From positions 22,168 through 86,167 of IMG/VR virus record IMGVR_UViG_3300033145_001047: DNA of 64,000 nt; one strand, written 5' to 3'. The position numbers and the translations under genes are program-made. The notes beneath the pieces are model-generated. The model was given only the letters and a program-made list of their open reading frames with translations, was not told the origin of the DNA and searched no databases. The stretch comes from a virus. Numbering within the stretch: position 1 is the first letter of the stretch; every line of letters begins with the position of its first letter. This document shows positions 1-9,439 of the stretch, piece after piece.

Positions 1-896
1 TTCGGCTGACTCACCTGTCCGCCGGTCCAGGGGATGGTACAGTCCTTCGAGTCTCCTTTCTCCCCCTTGCAGTACGTGACCTCCTCTATGACAGGATACT
101 CCGCACACCGACAGTTAATGACCTCCTCCGCCGCTCCGCCTGGGTCCAGGGGATGCAGTAGCCCGTTCGAGAATCGCTCTTTGATTCCGATTTCCACCCC
201 GTCCAGGCCCACGTGAGTCGCCCTGGTCGCCCCGTCTATCAGAGCCCTCCAGCCCTTCTTCGTGACGTCGTTCCGGACATACGTCTCGTGCTGCACCGTC
301 TGACTCGCTATGCCGGTCTCCGTCCGGGCTATCGTCCAGGCTCTCTTCGGGTACGTCTTGGCGAACATGCCCTTGATATCCTTCCGAACCTGGTACGGGG
401 ACAATCCCTCTTTCATGTACCCGGTGTAGAGCGTGTTCTGGAACTTCTTGAGCGTAGTCGCGGAGATGTCGCCGGTGATCTTGGTCCCCCGTCTCCGCAG
501 CTCGTCCATGACGCCGGGGTCCTTGAGATGGAAGGCCAGGGAGATACCGAGGTCCTTCAATCCCGCCGCGCCCCCCAGGTTCCCGCCCCTCTCCTCGTAG
601 TGGTGCAGGACGTCCTCCATCTTGTCGTCACCGACGCGCTTGTCCCAGTCCTTGAAGAAGTAGTCGATCACTTCCCGGTCGGCGGTCTCCGACTTCTCGA
701 TCTCCTCCTCGCTCTTTTGAAGGACTAGGCGCTTGTCATAGAGTTCGGGGTGTTCCTTGCGGGAGTATGCGGCCAGCTTCTCCCAGGCGTCCTCGTCGCT
801 GAGCATCTTCATCGTACCGGCGAACTGTTCCTCGAAGACTTTCTTCAAGTCCTTCTGGCAGTCACGGACGGCGACCTCGAAGCCGACCGACTTCAT
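1..896 (-). CDS. Phage head morphogenesis protein (Mu gpF / SPP1 gp7-like), 3'-partial
   Basis: Not in the ORF track because it runs off the window. Hand translation from ATG at 896 gives ...GLLHPLDPGGAAEEVINCRCAEYP..., the INCRC motif of MuF proteins. Lies immediately downstream of the portal; the start could be further upstream. Confidence 0.85.
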   Translation of the reverse strand, partial: MKSVGFEVAVRDCQKDLKKVFEEQFAGTMKMLSDEDAWEKLAAYSRKEHPELYDKRLVLQKSEEEIEKSETADREVIDYFFKDWDKRVGDDKMEDVLHHYEERGGNLGGAAGLKDLGISLAFHLKDPGVMDELRRRGTKITGDISATTLKKFQNTLYTGYMKEGLSPYQVRKDIKGMFAKTYPKRAWTIARTETGIASQTVQHETYVRNDVTKKGWRALIDGATRATHVGLDGVEIGIKERFSNGLLHPLDPGGAAEEVINCRCAEYPVIEEVTYCKGEKGDSKDCTIPWTGGQVSQP

Positions 897-948
897 GGCC
901 GGTAGCTTCCCCTTCGCCTTCCGTGCGAGTACGCTGCAGGAACAGGGT

Positions 949-2430
949 CTACGCCTCGGGACCGTCCTCGTCGAGGTAGTCCGAGGCGTCCGTGTCGCCA
1001 AGTCCCTTTTCGCTACCGAGTTCTCCAGCCTTGAGGCTAGGGTCTGTATCGGAAACTTTTCCAGTGTCACTTTTCTCCACCTTCTCACCTACCGGCACAA
1101 AGTTCGACACGACGTAGTATATGTCACCGCCGTCATACGGCTCCTCGCCTCGCGCTCTCAGTATATCGTTCGGAGTCTTCACCCCCATCCCGACGTCGAT
1201 CTCGTCTATCTCAGACTGCAGCTTCTCGTCAGTGATGTCGATGTCCAGGAACTCAAGTGTGTAGCTGTCGATCTCGAACACGTCCTTGATAATCAGCTCG
1301 TTGAATATCCACTGGAATTGATTCTGCCGAGGAGTGACCACGCTCTCCAGGTATATCTGGTCGACGTCTCGCGCCACGCTGCCGCCGAGCTGCCCCTTAA
1401 TAACGATTCCGGCCCGGTACGGGGGAACGTGGTGGGCCGTGAGGATGTCGTCCTTATTGTCTTGCCGGAACATCCGGAAGGACGCTTCCTTCGTCTCGAC
1501 ACTCAGGCGCTCGAAATGCACCTTGCCGCCGCCCTTGAGCGTGAACACCAGAATCCGGTGGGGGTTCTTCACGAGTTCGGTCTCGAAGTACTTCTGTATC
1601 TCTTCCTTGACACCCTTCCCGAGCTTCGCACCCTCGACGACCACCGCGTACGCCGGGACACCGAAGTGAGTGAAGAACTCCATATTGAACTCTTTCTCTT
1701 TCTGTTCCCCGAACATGGTGAATACAGCCGGGAGCCACTCGGGGGCTCCGTAGTAGTTCGACTTCCAGGTGTACTGGTAGACCTGTATGAGTTCGTGGGC
1801 TTGCTTCTCCGGCGGTGTCGATTCCTTGAACTCGCCGGTCTCCCGGTTCAGTATCCGCTCGTCGCCGAACCGCTTGAAGTACACCTTGTTCATGCCGACC
1901 TTCTGAATCCAGCGTTCCTTGTCGGACATGAGGGCGACCGTCGTCGAGTTCACATGGTAGAGGGTGCACTTCTTCTCCTCGGTGATACCGCGCACGACCT
2001 CGAAGTATCCGTTCCCGCATCCCTCGTAGTCTATGCCGGTCTTCTTGCACAGCTCGGATACGTCGGAGTTCTCGTTCACTCTCTTGAAGAACTCGTTCAA
2101 CTGATTGTACTCGGTGTCGGTCGCGTTCTTCCCCTCGACCTCGACCAGCTTCCAGCCAACACCGAATGAGTCTTGTATCTTCGTCCGGATGCACGAGGCA
2201 TGTGTGACCGATATGTCCATCCACTGCAGCAGCTTCTTCTGGTCGTACGGGGGCTTGATAACCTGCTTGCCCCAGTTCTGCTCCTCGACCTGTTGCGTCT
2301 GAGGCATCTCGAACCGCTTAAGGTCCCGGTCAGAGAACAGCCGACCCCTGTCTGTGATGTACAGGGTCTCCAGCAGTCCTTCCTTTTCGTCTCCGCTCTT
2401 GTCCTTCTTCGTCGTCTTCTTCTTGGCCAT
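949..2430 (-). CDS. Phage portal protein
   Basis: 493 aa directly after the terminase. Motifs GNGYFEVVR, YYGAPEW, ILTAHHVPPYRAG and KTPNDILRARG are typical of PBSX/HK97-type portals. Confidence 0.92.
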   Translation of the reverse strand: MAKKKTTKKDKSGDEKEGLLETLYITDRGRLFSDRDLKRFEMPQTQQVEEQNWGKQVIKPPYDQKKLLQWMDISVTHASCIRTKIQDSFGVGWKLVEVEGKNATDTEYNQLNEFFKRVNENSDVSELCKKTGIDYEGCGNGYFEVVRGITEEKKCTLYHVNSTTVALMSDKERWIQKVGMNKVYFKRFGDERILNRETGEFKESTPPEKQAHELIQVYQYTWKSNYYGAPEWLPAVFTMFGEQKEKEFNMEFFTHFGVPAYAVVVEGAKLGKGVKEEIQKYFETELVKNPHRILVFTLKGGGKVHFERLSVETKEASFRMFRQDNKDDILTAHHVPPYRAGIVIKGQLGGSVARDVDQIYLESVVTPRQNQFQWIFNELIIKDVFEIDSYTLEFLDIDITDEKLQSEIDEIDVGMGVKTPNDILRARGEEPYDGGDIYYVVSNFVPVGEKVEKSDTGKVSDTDPSLKAGELGSEKGLGDTDASDYLDEDGPEA

Positions 2431-2431
2431 G

Positions 2432-5101
2432 CTACTCGACCTCCATCACGTTCATGATCTCGTTCTCCAGTAAGTGATTGACCACGCCACAGGTCGCGTC
2501 CCATACGTCCTTGCTTCCCGTCGTCGGGTGGTCCACCTTCTTCCCCTTTATCAGTTCCAGGCCACCCATCTCTTTTTCGAGGACGTCGTTCGGATATGTC
2601 CTCACGCGGCCCTGGTATATCTGCTCCTTGTAATTCTCGCAAGCCTCAAGTGATTCTACACTCTGACGGTCGGCTATGAAATCTTTCTTCCTCAACTCCT
2701 GGAGACTACTCGCGGACTGGAACTGGTCGTACGTCACTATCTCTATATCGAAGCCCCTCTTCCGCAGCTCCACGACCGTGTCCCGGATGTCCGCCAAGTC
2801 GATCTCCCCGTCCTCCGGCGCTTCGATGTGGTGCGCCAGGTCGATGATAATGGTCTGACTCTCGGCGTGTCCCATGCCTATCCCGGCCCGGTCCCTCTTG
2901 AGGCCCAGGTCGATGTGGATATAGTAGGACTCGTCCGGGTCGCCGACAAACCAATCGAAGAAGCGACCGTCCTCGTCCACCGGGTCCCGCATCCTGTCGA
3001 CGAAGATGTCCTGCACCAGCTTCCACCGCTTGAGGTATCTCTCCAGCGCCAGGCTCGGACGGGCTCCATAATCTCGCCAGGACTTCTCCGGGTTCTTCTC
3101 GAAGTCCTTCTTGTACTTGTTCGGTATCTTGTGGTCTTTCTCCCCGTCGTTCAGGGTGAAGTAGTCGCCGCGCTCGATATCCTCGATGTCCTCGACCCTG
3201 ACCTCCCATATCGCCCGGCGCTTGCAGAAGATGCTGTCGTCTGTCTCCGCTCCCTTCGCTTGCTTCTCGATGAAGTCGTCGACGTACCTGGGCTGCGATA
3301 TCATGACGAGCAGTCCGTGGAAGTCGAACCGCGTCTTGATACGCCGGTCCAGGGTGTAGAACATATCGGACGCGACGTCGTGTTCTTTCGTGACAGTGTA
3401 GTACGCGGCCTCGTCCATCACCGCCGCTATGAGGTTATATCCTAGCGGGAAGTTCGAGCCAGAGTGTCCGGGTATCATGCAGATATGATTCTCGAATCGC
3501 AGCTCGGACTTAATGTTCGGGTCAGGCTTGTGGTCCTGAAACCACGGACTGTTGTTAATCCTCGACTGGGTTCCACCGAAGACGACCTTCTTCGCCTGTA
3601 TCGCGTTCACGCTCATGTTGAGTATTGCTATCAGGTCGTTCTCGTCTATATGGAAGGACTCGTGCGGGTTCTCCATACATAGGAGATGGTGGATATAGTA
3701 CGCGAGGATGATCGAGGTCTTGTACGAGTTATGGGTGACCGTGAAGTCTCCGAGTAGATATAGGTGTCCCCTATCGACGTTGAATCCGTAGTACTTCCCT
3801 CTCCCCATCTCCGTGACCGAGAACCCGGTAACGAGGACGCTCTTCTTCTGTAATCTTGGTTTCGTTTTCTTCCTGGGTATGCGGACAGGAATTTCGCTGA
3901 CACAACCGGAGATGCTGACCCTGTAACTTCTGAATCTCTTCCCATTGCACGTTGTCGTCCTCTCCTTCACGTAGGCCGCGAATCCAAGGGACCGAGCAAT
4001 GAAGGCAGTGTCTTCACATAGCCGTTTATTCTTGTTCGAGAACTCATAACACCCGCCAGAAAGATGTCCGTCGGTGTCAATGAGTCCAGCCAGAACATCT
4101 AGCCTCACGTTCCGAGAGTTAGTTCGATAAATCTTAGGAACGTGTTTGTTCTTGATTAGATTGTATGCTTTCAGGGCATCGAGCAGTACGTTCGACTGCC
4201 CCCTCACTCCGCTACTTAATATGTATGTCGGGCACGTCTTGTCCTTGTTATGATCGACGTTTATGCTCAGGTCGTATTGCTCGGCAATGTCGTAGAGATA
4301 TTCCTTCATCTCAGGGTCCTTTGTCGTTACCCCCATGTGGTGGGAACTTCCGTCGCCTAGCCACACACCGAGCAGATACGGCTCCATCGTCACGCTCCCT
4401 TCGTTAGGAAAGCGGACGCCTGTCCTCCAGAGCTTGTGATTGTTCTTGAAGTTCTTGCTCTTTGATAGATAGTCTTTGACCGATATATCTACAATCCCTC
4501 CAGCCTGTCCGTCTTGCTTACCGCCGTTCGGTCTGCCGGTATTGATGATCCCCTTGTTCGTCCTCTTCAAACTCAGAATATGGTCACCGTTCACGACAAA
4601 CGGTTCTCCCTTGATGGGAACTATCTCATACATGTCGTCATATCCACGAGAGAGAGACTGCACCCTCCTTGGTTCGCTGTCTGGACCCATCACCATGTCA
4701 CCGACTTGAACATCTTCGACCATTTTGATTTCGCCGTCGTACATCAGAATGGGAGTCCCCTTACCGTGACACTTCCCGCTGCCGACCGCTTCGTCGAACA
4801 CCGCCTTCTCGTATGGACAGTACGCGAAGGCCGACGGGTCACTGAACAGGTCCTTGAGGTCCTGCAGCACGGCGGGTCGGATGCTCTTGGACATGTTCAG
4901 GTAATAGTCGGACAGCACGAACTCCTCGATGATAGCCGGTGCTTCCTTATACCTGAATCCATTCTCGTCAGCTCGGCACATCGACGCGAAGATGTCCTCG
5001 ACGTTGTCTCGCTCGTCTGTCTCAGGTAATGACGGCGACAGCACTGTCTGAGACGGTGACGTCTTCGACGCTTCCCTCAGCTTCAAGTTCAACGACTGCA
5101 T
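2432..5101 (-). CDS. terL: Terminase large subunit containing an intein
   Basis: Walker A (AVGSGK|S) split by an intein, Walker B (AAVMDEAA), and an RNase H-like nuclease part (IHIDLG, VTYDQFQS, KVDHP...SKDVWDA). Exact start uncertain because it overlaps the upstream ORF. Confidence 0.93.
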   Translation of the reverse strand: MQSLNLKLREASKTSPSQTVLSPSLPETDERDNVEDIFASMCRADENGFRYKEAPAIIEEFVLSDYYLNMSKSIRPAVLQDLKDLFSDPSAFAYCPYEKAVFDEAVGSGKCHGKGTPILMYDGEIKMVEDVQVGDMVMGPDSEPRRVQSLSRGYDDMYEIVPIKGEPFVVNGDHILSLKRTNKGIINTGRPNGGKQDGQAGGIVDISVKDYLSKSKNFKNNHKLWRTGVRFPNEGSVTMEPYLLGVWLGDGSSHHMGVTTKDPEMKEYLYDIAEQYDLSINVDHNKDKTCPTYILSSGVRGQSNVLLDALKAYNLIKNKHVPKIYRTNSRNVRLDVLAGLIDTDGHLSGGCYEFSNKNKRLCEDTAFIARSLGFAAYVKERTTTCNGKRFRSYRVSISGCVSEIPVRIPRKKTKPRLQKKSVLVTGFSVTEMGRGKYYGFNVDRGHLYLLGDFTVTHNSYKTSIILAYYIHHLLCMENPHESFHIDENDLIAILNMSVNAIQAKKVVFGGTQSRINNSPWFQDHKPDPNIKSELRFENHICMIPGHSGSNFPLGYNLIAAVMDEAAYYTVTKEHDVASDMFYTLDRRIKTRFDFHGLLVMISQPRYVDDFIEKQAKGAETDDSIFCKRRAIWEVRVEDIEDIERGDYFTLNDGEKDHKIPNKYKKDFEKNPEKSWRDYGARPSLALERYLKRWKLVQDIFVDRMRDPVDEDGRFFDWFVGDPDESYYIHIDLGLKRDRAGIGMGHAESQTIIIDLAHHIEAPEDGEIDLADIRDTVVELRKRGFDIEIVTYDQFQSASSLQELRKKDFIADRQSVESLEACENYKEQIYQGRVRTYPNDVLEKEMGGLELIKGKKVDHPTTGSKDVWDATCGVVNHLLENEIMNVMEVE
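3728..4771 (-). mobile_element. Intein (348 aa) with LAGLIDADG homing endonuclease
   Basis: Begins CHGKGTPILMYDG, has block B (VNGDHIL), endonuclease motifs PYLLGVWLGDG and LAGLIDTDG, and ends FTVTHN followed by Ser. Visibly more AT-rich than the exteins. Confidence 0.95.
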
Positions 5102-5729
5102 CCTGTATTCCCTGCTCCTGCTTCTTCTTCGCGTCGTACCATTCCAGGTATTGCCTCTTCTGTTCGGGCTCCAGGTCGTCCACCAGCTCCCGGACTATCT
5201 GTTGAGTCGTTCGCTCTGGCGCTTGTATCCCCGGCTGTCCTCCCTGCAGTATCCCGATGTATTGCTGGACAGCGGCCAGCGTCTTGAGCATGTCCATCCA
5301 GCGGTCCATCTCCTGCCCGGCTGGTCTCATGAAGGCCGGGAGCACTGCACTCGGTGCCATTTTCGTCTCGTAGTCCAGGGCACGAGCGACCCGCTGCTTC
5401 TGTATCTCGATAGCGTCGTATATGTCCTGCAGCACATCGACCGTCGGGTTCAGGCCCTTGAGGAACACGTCCTTGATCTTTTTCTCCAGCATGAGCTTCG
5501 ATGGTATGATCTTCTTCAACTTGCGGAAGGTCTCGTGGCATATGTCCTCGTTGAACTGTTGCTTCGCGTAGGCCGTACATTTCCTTAGAGCCCACCCTTC
5601 CCTGAGACACTCTACATAGAATCCAGCGTGAGGACTCTGTCGTATCTTTTCCGGGCATAGCCTGAGAATAGATGACAGGCCCTCTAGTTCTTCCAGGTTC
5701 GACGGCTGTCCGTCTTCGTTCTCGTCCAT
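5022..5729 (-). CDS. Putative terminase small subunit
   Basis: 235 aa, helical with an HTH-like N-terminus, immediately upstream of terL. Positional inference only. Confidence 0.5.
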   Translation of the reverse strand: MDENEDGQPSNLEELEGLSSILRLCPEKIRQSPHAGFYVECLREGWALRKCTAYAKQQFNEDICHETFRKLKKIIPSKLMLEKKIKDVFLKGLNPTVDVLQDIYDAIEIQKQRVARALDYETKMAPSAVLPAFMRPAGQEMDRWMDMLKTLAAVQQYIGILQGGQPGIQAPERTTQQIVRELVDDLEPEQKRQYLEWYDAKKKQEQGIQDAVVELEAEGSVEDVTVSDSAVAVIT

Positions 5730-5907
5730 GCTGTCCCTTCTCCGTCGCCCTACGTGGTCGACATAATGAAACGAGTCGCGGACTACTGCAGCAGCCTCGC
5801 AACCCTTGCGTCCTTCTCCACTTTCAGATTGTAGAGCCCTATCACTTCCCGCCCCTCGGCTTCCTCAGTTCTACGAGAAGGCTCAGGACATCCCCAACTA
5901 CTGAAAT

Positions 5908-5935
5908 AGTATACGGCGCTGACAAGGGTTGTCAA
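5908..5935 (-). promoter_or_regulatory. Sigma70-type promoter ahead of the packaging/head operon
   Basis: TTGACA-N16-TATACT on the minus strand; -35 box overlapped by the inverted repeat TGACAA-CCC-TTGTCA. Confidence 0.7.
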
Positions 5936-6510
5936 CTTCTCGGACCTTGTCAACTCGTTCCTAGACACTGCGGAGCCGTCGTGTCAATAGCTGAATCCGC
6001 CCACACACCCAGGCCGTCCACTTCCATCGGTGACGGTGCCTCCTGTTGGTCTCCGTGTCGTTGCAGCAAGTCCAGCGGAGGCGTAGCTTACGCTTCTTCT
6101 TCGGGAGCCCCACAGCCTCGTCGTAGAGCCTCAGTATCTCGTTCCGCCGGGCTTCGTCCACGATCACTCCCACCGTAGGTGTGAGAACAGCCACACTAGG
6201 ATGTCGACCAGCTTCCATATGGCTAAGGGTATCGCAGCAATGCCAACCCACAGGAGGGTGCCTATCCCCCGGAACATGTCCCCGCTGACCATGTCAGACG
6301 TTCTTCATCGTGTGCAGCTCGATATCGACCAGCTCGTTGTCCGGTCCCTCGGTCACGGATACGAACGTGAGGGGGATAGACTGGTCCGCCACGCCGCCGT
6401 TGCAGACTTTCAGCTTCGCGTCGCCGGGGAGTCCCTTGATAACACAGGTCGAGTCTACTCGGTTCCCCGTCCTGAAAAGCTGCTCTATCAGCTCCACGTC
6501 GACCTCGACC

Positions 6511-6903
6511 CTAATCCTTCTCACTGCTTTCCTCCTCCGGTTCGACCGGCATCTTGAGTCCCGCACGTTCCGCCGCCTTCTCCAGGCGGTCCTGAACGCG
6601 CATAATAATCTCGTTCATGGCCATTGGCATCCGCCCGGCCTCCAGGCATTGCATCAAGAACATGAAGTCCCGCTCGTCGAGTGTCGTCCACTTGTCAGCG
6701 ACCTTGAGGTCGTTTGTCATGGACTCGCGCATACTCTGCAGCCGACGCTGCTCACGGATAGTCAGGCCACCCGTCACCGTCTCGTACCCCTTCACCGCTT
6801 GGATGCACATGTCCCGGAACAACATCCTCGGGGTGACGCCGTCAGGTGTGTCGACCAAGCCGTCCAGGTCGATGTCCCAGTCGATGGATACTGTCTTACC
6901 CAT
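6511..6903 (-). CDS. Hypothetical protein
   Basis: 130 aa ORF coupled to both neighbours, with genome-typical codon usage. Confidence 0.7.
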   Translation of the reverse strand: MGKTVSIDWDIDLDGLVDTPDGVTPRMLFRDMCIQAVKGYETVTGGLTIREQRRLQSMRESMTNDLKVADKWTTLDERDFMFLMQCLEAGRMPMAMNEIIMRVQDRLEKAAERAGLKMPVEPEEESSEKD

Positions 6904-7738
6904 TCGTACTCCTCCTCGGCAGTGCTTTCATGACCTCGACCAGCCGGTCCTTGATCTCCGGCATATCGAAGCCGTAATTACTCAGCTTGTCGACGGCCAG
7001 GATACAGTTCGATCTCCCGGCCTTTAGCTGCTTCTGAACCTCCTCGACTTCCCCGACCTTGTACTCCAGCGTCGGGTCCACCAGGGCCTTGTACATCTCC
7101 ATGACCTCTATCGCCTCGACCGCGCCACGGTTCACGACGTTCCAGGTGCCGACGTGTCCGTGCTCGGCCAGGAACTCGATGCTCCGCGCCAGGTCGTCGA
7201 GCATGGTCATGGAGTTCTTCATACTGTACAGCGTCTTCCCCTCACTCGCGTACTTGAGCAGCTTCCCGATATAGCTCCGGGCGTGGAGTCCGGGGTCTAT
7301 CGGCATCCGTATCCGGAGGACACAGCACTGATAGAAGTGGGCCAGGATATACTGGGACCATATCTTCGTCCGGGAGTAGTAGCTGTCGAAGAAGTCGGGC
7401 TCGTCCGTTTCTCGATACGTCACGTCGTAGCCGCTGTACACGCATCCGCTGCCGATGTGAAACCACTGACGCTTCATCTCCTCGAACGCTGTACCGAGGA
7501 CCAGGGGGAGCGTGACATTTCCCTCGAACGTCTCCTGCTTGTGGTCCTCGCACCAGTCGACGTTCGGACGCCCGGTGCGTCCCGCGCAGTTAATCACGCA
7601 ATGACTCGGGAAGTGCTCCTGCATCTGGAACTTGAACGTCTCGACATCTGTGACGCGCCCGTCGAAGAACTCCGCGTTAGGGAGAGCGTTCTTGAGATAC
7701 GTCCCGACATACCCCTTCCCGATTATCAAGTACTTCAT
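6896..7738 (-). CDS. NDP-4-keto-6-deoxyglucose 3,5-epimerase/4-reductase (NRS/ER-type, RmlD-like SDR)
   Basis: GKGYVG Rossmann motif, INCAGRTGRPNVDWCEDHK signature of NRS/ER enzymes, GSGCVY, YSRTK (YxxxK) and LRIRMP. Confidence 0.88.
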   Translation of the reverse strand: MKYLIIGKGYVGTYLKNALPNAEFFDGRVTDVETFKFQMQEHFPSHCVINCAGRTGRPNVDWCEDHKQETFEGNVTLPLVLGTAFEEMKRQWFHIGSGCVYSGYDVTYRETDEPDFFDSYYSRTKIWSQYILAHFYQCCVLRIRMPIDPGLHARSYIGKLLKYASEGKTLYSMKNSMTMLDDLARSIEFLAEHGHVGTWNVVNRGAVEAIEVMEMYKALVDPTLEYKVGEVEEVQKQLKAGRSNCILAVDKLSNYGFDMPEIKDRLVEVMKALPRRSTNG

Positions 7739-7750
7739 GACGCGGACCCC

Positions 7751-8152
7751 TCAGCTTGCCGGTGCCGGTTCCGTTTCTGTTTCTGCCGGAGCTGCTTCCG
7801 GTTCTCCCGGTCCCTCCTCCGGAGCTGCCGGTCCTTCTCCGCTATCTTCCGACGGCGGGACGACCGCATCTTTCTCGACTTGTTCTTCAACCTTCGGCTC
7901 CTCCCCGGCAACCGCTTCCTTCGTCTCGACGTTGTCCTCGACCGACACGTTCACGGCCTCGCGGGTTTCCAGTGTCTTGAGCAACTGCCGCCGCTTCTTC
8001 CGGCGGTCTTTCTTCCGGCCCTTCCGGCAATCCGGGCAGCGTCGCGGTTCGGCGAACGCTTTCTGGAGGAAGAACTTCTGCTCCCCCACACTGAACACGA
8101 AGTCGTTCCCACAGCCTTCACACGCCAGCTTTCGGTCCTGGAACTGGTCCAT
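7751..8152 (-). CDS. Zinc-ribbon (zf-trcl-like) protein with acidic low-complexity tail
   Basis: FQDRKLACEGCGNDFVFSVGEQKFF...PRRCPDCR; GAGGAGG RBS before the ATG at 8152. Confidence 0.8.
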   Translation of the reverse strand: MDQFQDRKLACEGCGNDFVFSVGEQKFFLQKAFAEPRRCPDCRKGRKKDRRKKRRQLLKTLETREAVNVSVEDNVETKEAVAGEEPKVEEQVEKDAVVPPSEDSGEGPAAPEEGPGEPEAAPAETETEPAPAS

Positions 8153-8199
8153 CTCCGACCTCCTCATATAGTCTCTGAATTTCGCCACAATACCTCCGT

Positions 8200-8487
8200 C
8201 TATCTTTTGGGCCGAGGTCGGCCTTTCAGTTTCTTGTTCTTCTTGAGTATTATCATCACCGCGAAACGCTCCTGGACGCTGACGGGTTTCGAGTTCAGCA
8301 TCGGCAGCTTCTCGTCCAGGCCAGCGACGGCGACGAAGTTCCCCTGTCCGCACGGCTTCTTGTGCTCGCGGTCGAAGTATATCTTCCAGTCTATCGTCGC
8401 CTCGATGTCACAGTCGTCCGGTATCAGGTGCGCGAACTTAGGCTCCGACTTCTGTGTCTTCCGCTCTATGTTCTTCCTCTTGGCCAT
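8200..8487 (-). CDS. Hypothetical basic protein
   Basis: 95 aa ORF with an RBS, overlapping the end of rfbA. Confidence 0.6.
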   Translation of the reverse strand: MAKRKNIERKTQKSEPKFAHLIPDDCDIEATIDWKIYFDREHKKPCGQGNFVAVAGLDEKLPMLNSKPVSVQERFAVMIILKKNKKLKGRPRPKR

Positions 8488-9211
8488 GCTCTTCGTCCTC
8501 CCGTATCATTTCCTCAGCAGCGAGGAGTGTCTCGAACGTACCGCAATCCGTCCAGTGGCCGTTCATCTCAACAACTTCCGCCAGTCCTCTCTTCATGTAG
8601 TGACAGTTCACGTCCGTGATCTCTAGCTCTCCCCGTTCGCTCGGTTGCAGGTCCTTGATAATGCTGAACACTTCGGGACCGTACATATACACTCCGGTGA
8701 CGATTGAGTTGCTCGGTGGCACTTCCGGCTTCTCTATGATGTTCGTCGGCCTCCCATCCTCCCCGAACTCCAGGACGCCGAACCGCTCGGGGGTATTGCT
8801 ATGAATTGAAAATAGTACGGCCTTCTTCTCTTCGGTGGATATCTCGAACCGTTTCACTTCTTCCGAGAGGTCCATGTCGAACATGTTATCTCCGAGGATC
8901 ACAAGCATCTTGTCGTTCCCCACGACTCCTTCTGCCATCCCCAACGCTTCAGCAATTCCGCCCGGTTTATCCTGCACTGAATACGTTACACTGATACCCC
9001 ATCTACTCCCGCTTTCCAAGTAACGAATTATAGGTGGGAACGATTCACCACCAACAACTATATGAACATTTCTGACACCGGCTTGCACCATCCTTCTCAA
9101 CGGATATTCTATCATCGGCAAACGACCGATTCGGAGTAAATGTTTATTTGTAAACCTGGTCAAGGGCATGAGCCTTGTGCCTTCACCACCAGCCAATATT
9201 ATTCCTCGCAT
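8438..9211 (-). CDS. rfbA: Glucose-1-phosphate thymidylyltransferase
   Basis: GIILAGGEGTRLMPLT...NKHLL, QDKPGGIAEA, ILGDN, IIEKP, SERGELEITD, WTDCGT; GGAGG RBS. Confidence 0.95.
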   Translation of the reverse strand: MRGIILAGGEGTRLMPLTRFTNKHLLRIGRLPMIEYPLRRMVQAGVRNVHIVVGGESFPPIIRYLESGSRWGISVTYSVQDKPGGIAEALGMAEGVVGNDKMLVILGDNMFDMDLSEEVKRFEISTEEKKAVLFSIHSNTPERFGVLEFGEDGRPTNIIEKPEVPPSNSIVTGVYMYGPEVFSIIKDLQPSERGELEITDVNCHYMKRGLAEVVEMNGHWTDCGTFETLLAAEEMIREDEEHGQEEEHRAEDTEVGA

Positions 9212-9324
9212 AAACAAAGCCTCCTTTGTATTTCTATGTATTTGACATATTTTCTTTTCATGAAAATCTTAGCATCTTCATATAACCATTTCAAAATATT
9301 ACCAGCTTGAATATTGCCGACATA
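9199..9324 (-). pseudogene. C-terminal remnant of a LAGLIDADG homing endonuclease
   Basis: AT-rich 41-codon frame YVGNIQAGNILKWLYEDAKIFMKRKYVKY..., resembling the C-terminus of free-standing phage LAGLIDADG endonucleases. No start codon; preceded by an in-frame TGA. Confidence 0.6.
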
Positions 9325-9325
9325 T

Positions 9326-9435
9326 CATGACGAAGGGGGCCAAGTTCGGAGCTAATGTGGGGACGGACGGTGGTGCTGTATGCACTCGTGTCACGCGCTC
9401 CCGTTCTGCTCGTTGCTAACCTGACCCCCATGACG
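9326..9435 (-). other. ~95 nt hairpin element flanked by direct repeats (MITE-like or structured RNA)
   Basis: CATGACG at 9326-9332 and 9429-9435. Termini GGGGGTCAGGTT and AACTTGGCCCCC pair over 12 bp on the minus strand, including G-U pairs. Confidence 0.45.
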
Positions 9436-9439
9436 TCAA

